In this document: one piece after another, positions 23,225-39,470 of the stretch
Layout: each line of letters begins with the position of its first letter
Numbering within the stretch: the stretch's first letter is position 1
Assembly (NCBI GenBank): GCA_000004695.1
Contig: CM000151.3
Coordinates: 6,624,001-6,688,000 of the forward strand
Origin: Dictyostelium discoideum
Lineage: Eukaryota
Reading direction: 5' to 3'
Length of the DNA: 64,000 nucleotides
Made by a program: the position numbers and the translations under genes
The notes under the pieces: generated by a model
What the model was told of the DNA's origin: nothing
Seen by the model: only the letters and a program-made list of their open reading frames with translations
Databases searched by the model: none

Positions 23225-24009
23225 TTTGATGAAATTTGTAAATATTTATTTAAAATTTATAAGTTGATATTATAAAATTATAAAATTATTACACATCGAT
23301 CGAAACCCTATGATACTATTATCGGCATATTTTTTAAATGAGATACACATTTTGGATATTAAATCAAAGCTCTCTTTATTTTAATTGGAAGAGACTCTTT
23401 TGGAAAAAAAATTTGGGAATTAAACAAAAGTCCTCTTTAAATTGGGTGAAAAATGGATAAATTGAAAAAAAAAAAAAAACAATTGAGTTTTATGGCAAAA
23501 GTCTTGATTAAAAAAAAAAATAGTGACAAACTTAAAGATCTTTTTGGTAGTGAGATATTAAATTTTTTTTTTTGTTTTTTTTAAATTTTCCTTTTTATTT
23601 TAACTTTTCCAAAAATTTGGTTATTTTTTTTTTTTTGTTCCTCCAAAAAAAGATTTTTTAATTGAAAAAAAAAAAATTTTCAAAAAAAAAAAAATAAAAA
23701 TAAAAATAAAATAAAATAAAATAAAAAAAAAAAATAAAAAAAAAAAAAAAAAGAAAACAAAAACAAAAACAAAAACAAAAATTTTAAATACTGTTTTAAT
23801 CAGTTAATCTAAGAGTAAAACATAAAAAAAAAAAAAAATAAAAACAAAATAAAATAAAAACAAAAAAAAAGAAAAGAAAAAAAAAAAAAAAAGAATTTTT
23901 TAAAAAAGAAAATTTCCTCTTAGATGAAATAATATTATAATAATAACAATCAGTTTTGTTTGAATAAATAAAAATAAAAAAAATAAAATTTATGTTTTTA
24001 AATTTTTAT

Positions 24010-24058
<49 letters not shown>

Positions 24059-24063
24059 AAAAT

Positions 24064-27000
24064 ATGGCAACAAGTTGTAATATTAGAGTAATGTGTAGGT
24101 TTAGACCACTAAATGAAAGGGAGAAAGCATTAAAAGAGAATCAAACCTGTGTTACATTTCCTGATGAAACACAAGTTATAGTTTCAGGTCAACCATTTAC
24201 ATTTGATAGAGTATTTACACCAGAATCAACACAAAAAGAAGTTTTTGAATCTGTTAAAGATACAATTCATGATGTATTACTTGGTTATAATGGTACACTT
24301 TTAGCATATGGTCAAACAGGTAAATATTTATAATAATAATAATAATAATAATAAGTATAACTTTTTGTATGCACACATATTAATATTTACAAATTATTAA
24401 GGTTCTGGTAAAACATTTACAATGGGATCAGCAGCAGCAGAATCTGATTTTGAAAATGTTGAGCAGTTAGGTATTATACCAAGGGGTAATCATTTAATTT
24501 TTAATACAATTGCAGAAGAAAGTGATGGAAATGCAGAATTTACAATTAAATGTTCATAGTAAATATAAATCAATTTATTATTATTATTATTTTTTTTTTT
24601 TTAAAAAAAAAATAAGTTATTAATTAATTTTTAAATTTTTTTTATTTATATTATTTTGATATTAATAGTTTAGAAATTTATATGGAAAATATTCAAGATT
24701 TATTAAATCCAAAAAATAATAAACAATTGAAAATACGTGAATCAAAATCACAAGGTATATATGTTGAAGGATTGACAGAGGAGTATGTAGCAAGTGAAGA
24801 GGATATTATGGAATTGATTCAAGTTGGTGAATCGTCACGTTCAGTTGCAAAAACCAATATGAATCAAAGATCATCACGTTCACATAGTATATTGATTATA
24901 GCGATTGAACAAAAGAGTTCAGATGGTAGTAAGAAAAGGGGTAAATTAAATTTAGTGGATTTGGCAGGCTCTGAAAAAGTTAGTAAAACTGGTGCAGAGG
25001 GTATAGTTTTAGAACAAGCTAAAAAGATAAACCAATCTCTATCATTATTGGGAAATTGTATTCATGCATTGACAGATTCAAAACGTGAGCATATACCATT
25101 TCGTGATTCAAAACTCACAAGATTATTACAAGATTCATTGGGTGGTAATACTAAAACAACATTATTAGTAACTGCTTCACCACATTTTAACAATGTTGAT
25201 GAAACTATTTCAACACTTAAATTTGGTGCTCGTGCAAAGTCAATCAAAAATAATGTTAAAGTGAATCAAGAGAAAAGTGCTGCCGAATTACAAATCATTG
25301 TGAATGCTCTAACAAAAGAATTATCAATTTTAAAAGTTTATTCAATATCTTTAGAAAATTTAGTAAATTATTTTAAATCTTCATCATATCAACCTGGTAA
25401 TCCAATACCAAAAGAATTGGAACCAAATAAACAAAATTTATTATTATTACAACAACAATCAAATAGTAGTAGTGGTGGTGGTGGTAGTGGTAGTAGTGGA
25501 GGAAGTAGTAATGGTAGTTTAATGATGAAACCTAGATCAACAACACCAACACCACCATCAATTAATAGACCACATTCATCAGCATCAACACATAGACATT
25601 CAATTGCAATTACTGGCACACATAGTAAAGAGGGTAGTGGTGGTGGATTAACATCATCAATTTCATCATCATCAATTTCATCAATGTCATCATTATCATC
25701 ATCAATTGATAATGATTATAATGGTTCATCATTGGATGATAGTAATGGTAGTAATGGATTATTTAATCCATTGGCAATTGTTGAAATGTCAATTGAAATG
25801 GAGAAAATGAAAGAGGATACTCAATTATTGATTGAAAAGTTTAAAGATGAAATATCAGAGATTACAATTCAATATCAATCAACTCAAGAGGAATTAAATC
25901 AATGTCGTCAACAATTGGATCAAATTAAAGAACAGCTTGAACAACAACGTTCACAATTCATTAAAGAACAATCTCTATTAAAAGAGAGTGAACGTAATGC
26001 AACACTTGATTCAACTTCAAAAGATTTGAAAATTCAATCCCTAATTAGCAAAATTGAGGATTTACGTCTATTGGCCTCACAAGTTATACAATATTTAGAG
26101 AGAAAAAGATTATCAGATGATTTTGATATTGGTATTTTTATGGGTTCTCAAGATGGTGCAAATGGTGATTCTGCCAATATGTTCTCTTTAATTTCAAACT
26201 CTATCGATCAAGGTACCTATGAAGATGATGTAAACATTGAGGATATTATACGTTATCTATCAGAGGAAGAGGTTTTAACAATGCAAGTTAAATTACAATT
26301 ACAAAATAAAGTTCATCAATTGGAACAAAAAATTCAACAATTGGTGTCTGATTTAAATACAACTGAAATTAATTATAATCAATCAATATTACAATGTCAA
26401 AAATTTGAATCTGAAAATTCATTAATTAAACGTAAATTTAAATCAATGTTTTCATCTTCAAATAATAATAATAATAATAATAACAGTCCACCATCTTCAC
26501 CTTCTTCAAAACTATTAATTCAATCATCAAATAATAATAATAATTTTGATTCAAATTTAAATTCATCATCATTATCATCATCATTACCATCATCAAATGG
26601 TATTGAACAAGATCAACAAGTTGATCATCAAGTTGATCATCAAGTTGAAAATGATCATTTGGTTAATGATGAAGATAATAAATTATTGGATGAAAATTCA
26701 AAACTTAAAGAAAATGAATTAAAATTATTATTAGAAATAAAGAATCTTAAATTACAATCTGAAAAGAGTAATGATGAAACTTTGAAATGGAAAGATGAAT
26801 TATCAATTAAATCTGCACTTTATCAAAATCAAATTTTAAATCTTCAAAATGAAAATCAATCATTATCAAATAAATTAAATGTAGAGAAACAACAAAAACA
26901 ATCTTCACAATCACAACAAATTGAATTGTATGTATATATATTTATTTTTTAATTTTTAATATTAATATATCAAAACTAATTTTTTTTTTTTTTATTATTT

Positions 27001-27339
27001 TTATTTTCTTTCCTTTATTTTTTTTTTTAAAAAAAAAGTGCCACAAAATTAAATGATTTAATTAAATCATCAGAAGATGATAAAGAATTGTATAGAAATG
27101 AAAAGAATCAAATGGAACTTGAAATTGCAAGTTTGAAAGCATCTTTAGATGAAATGGATTTAAAGAATAAAGAACTTCAAGATCAATTAATTTCAACTCA
27201 AAGATTAATTGGTGCTAGAAGAGTTGTTAAAATCGTAAGAGGTGGTGCTGATTCTATGAAAACTGCTTTGGCCACAAAGGAAGTTTTTGGTCAATTCACT
27301 TTAAGAAAAACTGAAAATAGTAAAACACTTTTTCAATAA
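24064..27339 (+). CDS. kif5: Conventional kinesin heavy chain (kinesin-1), 4 exons, 990 aa
   Basis: Exons: 24064..24319 (donor GTAAAT), 24402..24558 (donor GTAAAT), 24669..26927 (donor GTATGT), 27039..27339. The splice at 24319/24402 rebuilds the P-loop GQTGSGKT. The splice at 24558/24669 rebuilds IKCSYLEIYMENIQDLL (cf. IKVSYFEIYLDKIRDLL). Switch motifs SSRSHS and LVDLAGSE are present, followed by a long coiled-coil stalk and tail. The total of 990 aa matches the length I recall for Dictyostelium Kif5 (Kif3 is longer). The symbol is therefore tentative. Confidence 0.8.
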
Positions 27340-27357
27340 TTAAATAAATATATACAC

Positions 27358-27463
<106 letters not shown>

Positions 27464-27825
27464 TAAAAAAATAAAAAAAAAAACAAATATAAGAATTAAT
27501 TTATTATAAAAAAAAAATATTACCACTACTATTTTAAAAAAGTGAAATTCAACATTATTAAAAAACCAAATAACAAGAAAGTAAATTTGAAACTTTAAAT
27601 TCAATGTTGAGTAACTTTTCACCAAAAAATAATTTTCTTCCCTTCATATTAATATTAAATATTTTTTTTTTTATCAATTTTCTTTTTCATGTTCGTTTTA
27701 TTTGAAAATTGATTCAACCAAAAAAAAAAAAAAAACTGATAAAAGTAGGTTACCCCATTTTTAAAATCTCAAAAATCTTTTTTTTTTTTTTTTTTTTTTT
27801 TTTTTATTAATTTTTTTTGAAATCT

Positions 27826-27863
<38 letters not shown>

Positions 27864-27957
27864 AAAATCATTAAAAATAAAATCAAATGTTTCTTTTGGA
27901 ATCAAAAATAAAAAAAAACCAACAAAACTATATATTTATGTAACTCTTCATTTCAAA

Positions 27958-31821
<3,864 letters not shown>

Positions 31822-31927
31822 AAAAATCAATAAAATAAAAATTTGTAGAATTCTTTATATATGTATTATAAATAAATAAATAAAACTTTTTTATTTTGTT
31901 TATTATTATTATTATTATTATTATAAT

Positions 31928-34354
31928 TTAATTTTTAGGGAATAATCCAACAACACCATATTTATTTAAATCAGTTAAAGTTGATAAAAATGCTTCTTTA
32001 GTAACAAAAGTTTGTTTGTCAATAAAATCTTTTAATAATAAACCATTTGGATAAGATTTTAATAAATTCCAAACTGGTTCCCATTCATTTGGAATTTCTA
32101 AAGTGTAAACTTGATCATCTTGAATACCAATGAAATAAAAAGTTGGAGTAGTTGAATCTCTAGAATCTTTAATTATTTTTGAAATTTTTTCATTATGAGC
32201 TTTAATTTCCCTTTCTAAAATTTTTTTATTCTTTATCATTAATTCTAATTCCTCGATTTGGAAATCCAAATCCTCTGAAAATGTTTTATGAAGTTGAGCT
32301 AACATTTGATTATTAATTCTAACTAAATTAAAATTTTGAGATGCAATAACATTGAATTGATCGGTATCCTTATATTCTATATTATCATCTTCATCACCTA
32401 ATTCAATTGATAAACAACCAATCCAATTCTCTATTGGATTCTCTTCAAAATTATTTTGACTTAATTCTAATACTTTATCTTCTAAATCAATTAATAATTT
32501 ATAAATTGGATTATTTAAACCAATTATAATATCATTATCATTAGTATCAGTGGTGGTATTATTATCAGTAGTATTATTAGAAGATTGAATAAACATTGAA
32601 AATCTTTGTGATAATGATTCTCTTAAATAAATATATTTTGAATTTGCAAATTTAGTAATTAAATCATCTAAGCTATTAATATTTTTTAATTTCCCATCAA
32701 AAGTATCGAATAAAATATTATCTTTTGAAGAATTTTTAATTGAAAATTCTAATAAAGACATTGTCGCAGGTATACATGAATGTAAACCATCAGTTAATTG
32801 TGAAATAGAGATTGAAGTTTTTGATTGATTTAATTCATTACTACTACTAGTGGCTACTAATAATTTATTTGAATTTAATAAACCATTTGAAAGAATTTGT
32901 GGTGATAAATATTTTTTAGATTCTTGAATGAAATCAGATGTTGAACGTTTTTGTAAAGTTTTACATAAATGTGCTAATTTTCTTAAATCAGATTCTTCAT
33001 GACGTTTTGCATCAGGTGATGTATTAAAAACTTGATAAACTTTAAATTGTCTAAATGCTTCACGTTGTAATAAATCCAATTTTAATTTATATTCAAATTG
33101 ACGATTACCATTAATGGTTGTTGTCGATGTTGGATCAAATTCAATGGTTTCAAATAATAAAGTATCTAATAATTTCTCTAAAAATTGTTTATAATCTTCA
33201 TTTGATGTGAAATAATCTTGATTCTCTTTTAATTGTTGAAAGAATAATATAAATGGATCAGATGTAATTCTAAAATGATGACCTTTCATATAGATAAGAC
33301 TATCAACTATTGAATTATTAATAATCTTTTTAAAATCTCCACCATTTTCAACTTCAATAATATTTTCTGATGAGTTATTATTATTATTACTACTATTTAA
33401 AGTTTTAAAAATATTTAAATCTGTTGAATTAATTTCATTTGAAATGAATTTAATTGATTCTAAAAATTGATTAATGATTATTGAATTATCATTATCATTA
33501 TCATTATTTAAATTGATTTTATCTAAAATATGTAATTGAAGTTGTGGTATTAATTGATTTAATTTTGAAGATGAAAACATTTCCCAATTGGTTAGTTCTT
33601 TATTCCAAACGAATTTAGATAATCTACTAACCAATTGATATGATTGACTATTGGTTGACATTGATTCATATGGATTAAATGAAACGAATAATTCATCTTG
33701 TCTAAATGTATCAATTCTTGGTTGAATCTCTAATTGACTCATTTCCCATTTTGTACTATTTGACATTTGTTGATCGAAATGTTGTTGTTCTTGTTGTTGT
33801 TCTCTTATAATTTCCATCTCTCTTTCAATTGACATTGATTTCTTATTGTTATTGTCTTCTAAAAATGGTGATTTCTTTTTATTAGCACCACCACTTGTTA
33901 ATGAATCAATTTCTTGACTTTGTAATTTATAAACTAAATCTTTTCTTTTTTGTCTCTCATAATCATCAGTTGGATTAATTTGTTTTCTTAATTCATGATG
34001 ATAGAATGAAATACCTTGATTGGCTGCTAATAAATAAGCTCTTAATGTAAATGGTGATTTTGTAATATTATACTTTAAATTATCACTTGTTAAATTTAAT
34101 GTTTTCGATAAATCTTTCATTAATTCTTCACCTCTTTCTTTTAGTAATTGATTGGTTTCATCTTTAAGTTGATTTAATTTCTTTTTAATACTATCATTAT
34201 TTAATGAATATAATTCTTTTCTATCTTTTATATCTAAACCTTTAATCTTATAAATTTCACTTGTTTTTTTTTTTAATATTGTACTTGATGAACTATAATA
34301 ATTTTTAAATTTTATATATTTTGAAACATTATTTATTATTATTGTTTTATTCAT
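31928..34354 (-). CDS. Hypothetical protein (about 808 aa), no family recognised
   Basis: Long intact minus-strand ORF. The track's first 30 codons are poly-T-derived ([16 protein letters not shown]); the likely start is ATG at 34354 (MNKTIIINNV). Mixed-complexity sequence with short N/Q tracts. Confidence 0.55.
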   Translation of the reverse strand: MNKTIIINNVSKYIKFKNYYSSSSTILKKKTSEIYKIKGLDIKDRKELYSLNNDSIKKKLNQLKDETNQLLKERGEELMKDLSKTLNLTSDNLKYNITKSPFTLRAYLLAANQGISFYHHELRKQINPTDDYERQKRKDLVYKLQSQEIDSLTSGGANKKKSPFLEDNNNKKSMSIEREMEIIREQQQEQQHFDQQMSNSTKWEMSQLEIQPRIDTFRQDELFVSFNPYESMSTNSQSYQLVSRLSKFVWNKELTNWEMFSSSKLNQLIPQLQLHILDKINLNNDNDNDNSIIINQFLESIKFISNEINSTDLNIFKTLNSSNNNNNSSENIIEVENGGDFKKIINNSIVDSLIYMKGHHFRITSDPFILFFQQLKENQDYFTSNEDYKQFLEKLLDTLLFETIEFDPTSTTTINGNRQFEYKLKLDLLQREAFRQFKVYQVFNTSPDAKRHEESDLRKLAHLCKTLQKRSTSDFIQESKKYLSPQILSNGLLNSNKLLVATSSSNELNQSKTSISISQLTDGLHSCIPATMSLLEFSIKNSSKDNILFDTFDGKLKNINSLDDLITKFANSKYIYLRESLSQRFSMFIQSSNNTTDNNTTTDTNDNDIIIGLNNPIYKLLIDLEDKVLELSQNNFEENPIENWIGCLSIELGDEDDNIEYKDTDQFNVIASQNFNLVRINNQMLAQLHKTFSEDLDFQIEELELMIKNKKILEREIKAHNEKISKIIKDSRDSTTPTFYFIGIQDDQVYTLEIPNEWEPVWNLLKSYPNGLLLKDFIDKQTFVTKEAFLSTLTDLNKYGVVGLFPKN

Positions 34355-35046
34355 TGTTGTTTTTTTTTTTTTTTTTCCAATCAATATTGAAAAATAAAAA
34401 AAAAAAAAAAATAAAAAATAAAAAAAAAATGAAATGAAAGACAAGTGATTTGTGTTTGTAAAAATTTCCTCGTTTACACGAAAATGAAATTATTTTATTT
34501 TTTATTTTTTTTGTTGGATAATTTTATTATTTTTTATTTTTATTTTTTATTTTTATTTTTTTTTTAAATCAAAACATATGTTAATAATAATAATAATTTT
34601 TCATTATGCTGTTTTTCTTCACAAATTCTTTTTTTTATTTTTTTATTTCTTTAATATTATTTTACTAGTAAAGAAATATAAATAGCGTTAGAATGAAAAT
34701 TTTGGAAATTTTTACAAAAAACACCCCAAAATATCATTTTAATATTTAATTTAAATTTTTATTTGTTCTTTATCTTTAAAAAAAAAAAAAAACTCTTCAA
34801 AGCATTGGTAAATATAAATACTTACTAGTTTTGTTAATAGATAATTTTAACAAATGAGGTTTATTATATCTATTGATATCTTTTTAAAAAAAAATTTTTT
34901 TTTTTTTTGGGGGTAAAATTTAAAAAATATATGAAATTATTAAAAAAAAAAAAACATTTTTATTTTTTAATAAATTTAAAAAAAAAAAAAAAAAAAAACA
35001 TTTTTATTTTTTTAATAAAGTTAATAAATTTGAAAAAAAAAAAAAA

Positions 35047-37094
35047 ATGGAAAATAATAAACCTTATAAGTTTATAGACAGAAATTTAAATATCATTAAA
35101 AAAAGTGGTAGTTATGAAAATATTTATAAATCATTTAAATATGAAATACCAGAATATTTTAATATTGGTTTAGAAGTTTGTGATTATTATGCAAATGATC
35201 CTAATAAAATGAATAATATTGCAATTAAACATATTTATGATACTGATGATAAACAAATTTTAAAAGAGTATGTAATTAAAAAAAATATTAATAATTTAAT
35301 TAAAATAAAATAAAATAAAATAAAATAAAAAAAAAAAAAGGACAAATTCTAAAAAAAATAAAATTCTATTTTTAAATTATTAAAAAAAAAAAAAAAAAAA
35401 AATAAAAAAAAAAAAAAAAAATTAGGTATACATTTAAAGAAATTAAAATTAAATCAAATCAATTGGCAAATAAATTTAAAGAAATTGGTTTAAATAAAAA
35501 AGGTGAAGTTGTTGGTGTTTTTTTAACACAAGGAATTGAATGTGCTTTATCACATATTACAATATTAAGAAGTGGTTTTATTGGATTATTATTATCAGTT
35601 TTATTTGGACCAGAAGCTTTAGAATATAGAATTTCATCATCATCAGCTTCATGTGTTATCACTGATTTAGATAATATTCATAAACTATTAAAAGTAGTTC
35701 CAAATTTACCAAGTTTAAAGAAAATTATTGTATTTGGTGATAATTTAAATTCAATTAATTATTCAAAACATAAAAATATTGTTGAATTGTAATAATTAGT
35801 ATATTTATATATATATTATTTTTAATTTTAAAATTTCACAATACATACTAATCAATATAAATATATATTATTTTAATTTAACTTTAGATGGAATGAAAAT
35901 ATTTGTAATAATTATTCAAAAGAATTTGAACCAATTATAACCAAATCAAATGAACCAGCATATTTAATATATACATCAGGTACAACTGGGTTGCCAAAAG
36001 GATGTTTACATGCACATAGAGTATTAATTGGTAATAATGTTGGATTACAATTCACATTGAATCTATTCCCTCAAAATACAGTATCAGTAACAGAGAATTG
36101 TTATTATTCACCCGCTGATTGGGCATGGATTGGTGGATTATTAGTAGTGTTTTTACCATCATTATATTTTGGTGTACCTTTGTTAGCATATAAATCAAAA
36201 GGTCCATTTGATGCAAAGAAATTATTAACACTAGTGAAAACTCATAATGTAACAATGTCATTCTTACCACCATCTGCATTGAAAATGATAAAGTTTCAAA
36301 AGGATCAATTAAAAGATCATAAAATTAATAATATGTTGGCAATCAATAGTGGTGGTGAAAGTTTAGGTGAGAATTTATTAGTTTGGTCAAAAGATCAATT
36401 TGGTGTTGAAGTTGCTGAATTTATTGGGCAGAGTGAAGGAAACTTCATTACTGGTAATTGTTTAGATTTATTCCCTCCAAAGAATGGATCAATGGGTAAA
36501 CCAATACCAGGGAGCAATGTCAGAATATTAAATGATAATGGTGAGCGAGTACCTCACGATGAAGTTGGTTATTTATGTATAGAATTTACAGGTGATAATG
36601 CAAATCAATTCTTAGGTTATTGGAATGACCCTAGTTCAACAGAGAAAAGAATGATTTTCTCAAAAGAAAGTGGTACCAAATGGATAAAAACTGGTGACCT
36701 TGCAAAAGAGGATAGTGATGGCTACTTTTGGTATATTGGTAGAGATGATGATGTTATTAATTCAAGTGGTTATCGTATTGGTCCAAATGAAATTGAAGGT
36801 TGCCTACTAAAACATCCATTAATTTTAAATGTTGCTGTTATTGGTATACCTGATGAAATTCGTGGTGAAGTTGTAAAAGCATATATTGTTTTAAATCAAT
36901 CAGTAACACCTTCACAAGAGATAAAAAAAGAAATTCAAAATTATGTTAAAACTCAATTATCAGCTCATCAATATCCAAGAGAAATTGAATTTATAAATCC
37001 AAATGAAATGCCAATCACAACAACTGGTAAAATTATGAGAAATTCATTAAGGCAATTACATAAAATGAAAAGTAATAATAAATCAAAAATTTAA
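35047..37094 (+). CDS. AMP-dependent acyl-CoA synthetase/ligase (medium-chain type), 3 exons, about 596 aa
   Basis: Exons: 35047..35267 (donor GTATGT), 35426..35788 (acceptor attag; donor GTAATA), 35888..37094 (acceptor ctttag). Motifs: AMP-binding YTSGTTGLPKG, linker TGDLAKEDSDGYFWYIGRDDDVINSSGYRIGPNEIE, C-terminal GKIMR. Confidence 0.8.
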
Positions 37095-37121
37095 AAAAAA
37101 AAAAAAAGAAATTTCTTTATC

Positions 37122-37154
<33 letters not shown>

Positions 37155-37295
37155 TGTGCGGATTAGCCAAATCTAACATTTTTTAATTTTTTTTTTTAAA
37201 TTTTTCAAATCAAACACTTTTTTTTTTTTTTTTTTTTTTTTTTTTATTTGTTTTTTTTTTTTTATTATTATTTTTTTTTTATTATTTTTCTTTTT

Positions 37296-37862
37296 TCACC
37301 TTTTTCTTTGGTATTGATTTCTTTTTTTTTCAGACCAGAAGTTTAGGCTTTGGCGATAAAATCCAATGAACAGTTCTTTGTTTTTAATTAGAGAATTATC
37401 GATGGTGTCAATAATCTCATCAAGGAAGGACCCATGGGAATTACGTTCTCGGTAGAAATGGTTCTTGATATAGCCAAAGAAACGCTCAATGGGATTCAAC
37501 TCTGGAGAATAGGAAGGAAGAAATATCAATTGAACCGAATATTGATTAAACAATTCAAATAGTGCATTTAAAGCTTCGATACCACCGTGAATTGGAGCAT
37601 TGTCCATTACCAATAATGAACCAGGCTTGCAAAATCCACTTTCCAAAAGTTCTCTAACATATTGAAAGAAGTCTTCAGTATTATTGGTTTTATCACGGAT
37701 TTTATACAAACAATCATCCAAACTGATGGTGAAAAACACATTGTAGGTCTCAGAAATGCTGGTGCTATTGGTAACATAAACCGGCTCTCCAATCGGTCCA
37801 ACAGCTTTAGATCTCCTTAATTCTAATAAAAAACCTTATTAGTTTTAATTATTTATTTTGTA

Positions 37863-37911
<49 letters not shown>

Positions 37912-38458
37912 AAAAAAAATTAATAAATATAATTACCTTATAATGTTAATAGTGGAATTCAGAATAGATGGAAAGAAAGACAATTATTTAATTAAAAATA
38001 TTTTTTAAAAAAAAAAAAAAAAAAATTAGTATAAATATTTATATTCAATCTAAAATAATAAAATATAATACCTCTAGAAGAAAAATAAATTTTTTTCCAA
38101 TCAGTATTGTAAATTATTGTATTAAAATAAAATAATTTTAATAAATTTTCAATTTTGTATTTATTTTCCTAAAAAAAAAAAAAAAAAATTAACAAATAGT
38201 TAGTTATTTAATATATTAAAACTTTTTTACTTACTTGTTTATAGGTTGGAGAGTGGTAATTCCATTTCAATTCTTTGAATATTGAACATATCCTCGATTT
38301 GTTGACCTTTTTATAAAAAATAATTGAGTTGATTTCTGGTCAAACCATATTCACGAGCAGCTCTACTTATATTACCGATTCTAACCCCATATTCTAATGC
38401 ATTGTATATTCTCTCAGTATGCTCAATTAAGTGAGTTAAACTTCTTTTAGGTTTCATT
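37296..38458 (-). mobile_element. Remnant of a Tc1/mariner-like DDE transposase gene (Dictyostelium DDT-type DNA transposon), with introns and frame disruptions
   Basis: C-terminal catalytic region: LLVMDNAPIHGG...LIFLPSYSPELNPIERFFGYIK (DDE signature DNAPIH / ELNPIE), in frame back to about 37845. N-terminal HTH MKPKRSLTHLIEHTERIYNALEYGVRIGNISRAAREYGLTRNQLNYF sits at 38458..38320 on the minus strand. Intron-like GTAAGT...TTTTTAG segments (about 38230..38165 and 37935..37846) and a frame break lie between the two parts. No terminal inverted repeats are recognisable. Confidence 0.6.
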
Positions 38459-38460
38459 AT

Positions 38461-38700
38461 ATTGTTATTACTATTATTACTACTATATTGCTATTGCTAT
38501 CACTATTGTTACTATTATTACTACTATATTGCTATTACTATTATTACTATTACTACTATATTTCTATTGCTATTACTGTTATTACTATTATTACAATTAT
38601 TACAATTATTACAATTATTACTACTATATTTCTATTGCTATTACTATTACCATTACTACTATATAGCTATTGCTATTAATATTTCTATTTCTATTTCTAT
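38461..38700. repeat. Complex minisatellite (about 36-40-bp period; tattactactatattgctattgctat... units)
   Basis: Direct read. It directly abuts the transposase N-terminus. The track ORFs 38462..38761 and 38488..38679 are translation artefacts of this repeat. Confidence 0.85.
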
Positions 38701-38937
38701 TACAATTATAAATATAATTAATTATATTATTATTTTGGTTTTATTAATTATGTTTTTTTAATTGTTTTTATTATTATAAACTGCAAGTGGTTTTTTTATT
38801 TAAAATAAAAAAATGATCATTTTAACCAAAAATGTAGATGTGATGGTTTATTATTATAAAAACTATGGCCAATTGTATTTCATTTTATTTATAGTTGGTT
38901 AAAATAATGAGTGAATTTTTTTTTTTTAACTGTGAAA

Positions 38938-39030
38938 CATTTCCCCCACTTTTTTTTAAATTAAAAAAAGAAAAATAGTTGGAGATATTTTCCCCCACTT
39001 TTTTTTAAATTAAAAAAAGAAAAATAAAAT
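38938..39030. repeat. Direct duplication: tttcccccacttttttttaaattaaaaaaagaaaaata occurs twice
   Basis: Copies of about 38 bp at 38940-38978 and 38989-39027, separated by gttggagatat. Confidence 0.8.
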
Positions 39031-39470
39031 AAAATAAAAATAAAATCTTTTATCAAAACAAAGATAACTTTTTTAATTTTTTTTTTATTTTAAAAATAAT
39101 AATAATAATAATAATAATATTAATAATAATAATAATAATAATAAAAATAAATAAATAAATAAAATTCAATTTATTTTATTTCCAAAAAAATTTTAGTATA
39201 AAATATTTTTATTGTATAGTTTTAAATTTTTAAAATAAAAAAAAAAATATTCATAATAATTAACTTAGAAAGTTTTTTAATATTTTATAGCGAGTTTAAA
39301 CCCTTTTTTTATTTTTTTTTTTTTTTTTTTTTTTTTTTGTTTGACTTAAGTGAGTTTTTTTAATTTTTTTTTTTATGATTAATTTGCTCAAAACGCACTA
39401 TATTTTAATTTTTTTATTTATTTTATATGTTTTTTAAATTATTACTTTATTTTCTTTTTTTTTTTTTTTT

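Noticed and set aside
25062-25619. Antisense ORFs inside the kinesin gene (25062..25247, 25389..25619)
   Set aside because: The opposite strand of a well-supported CDS. 25389..25619 is the reverse reading of the Gly/Ser-rich linker.
36052-36279. 75-aa antisense ORF in the acyl-CoA synthetase gene
   Set aside because: Overlaps exon 3 of a well-supported sense gene.
38462-38761. ORFs 38462..38761 and 38488..38679 (poly-L/Y/I peptides)
   Set aside because: Translations of the minisatellite. The real coding signal here is the transposase on the opposite strand, ending at 38458.
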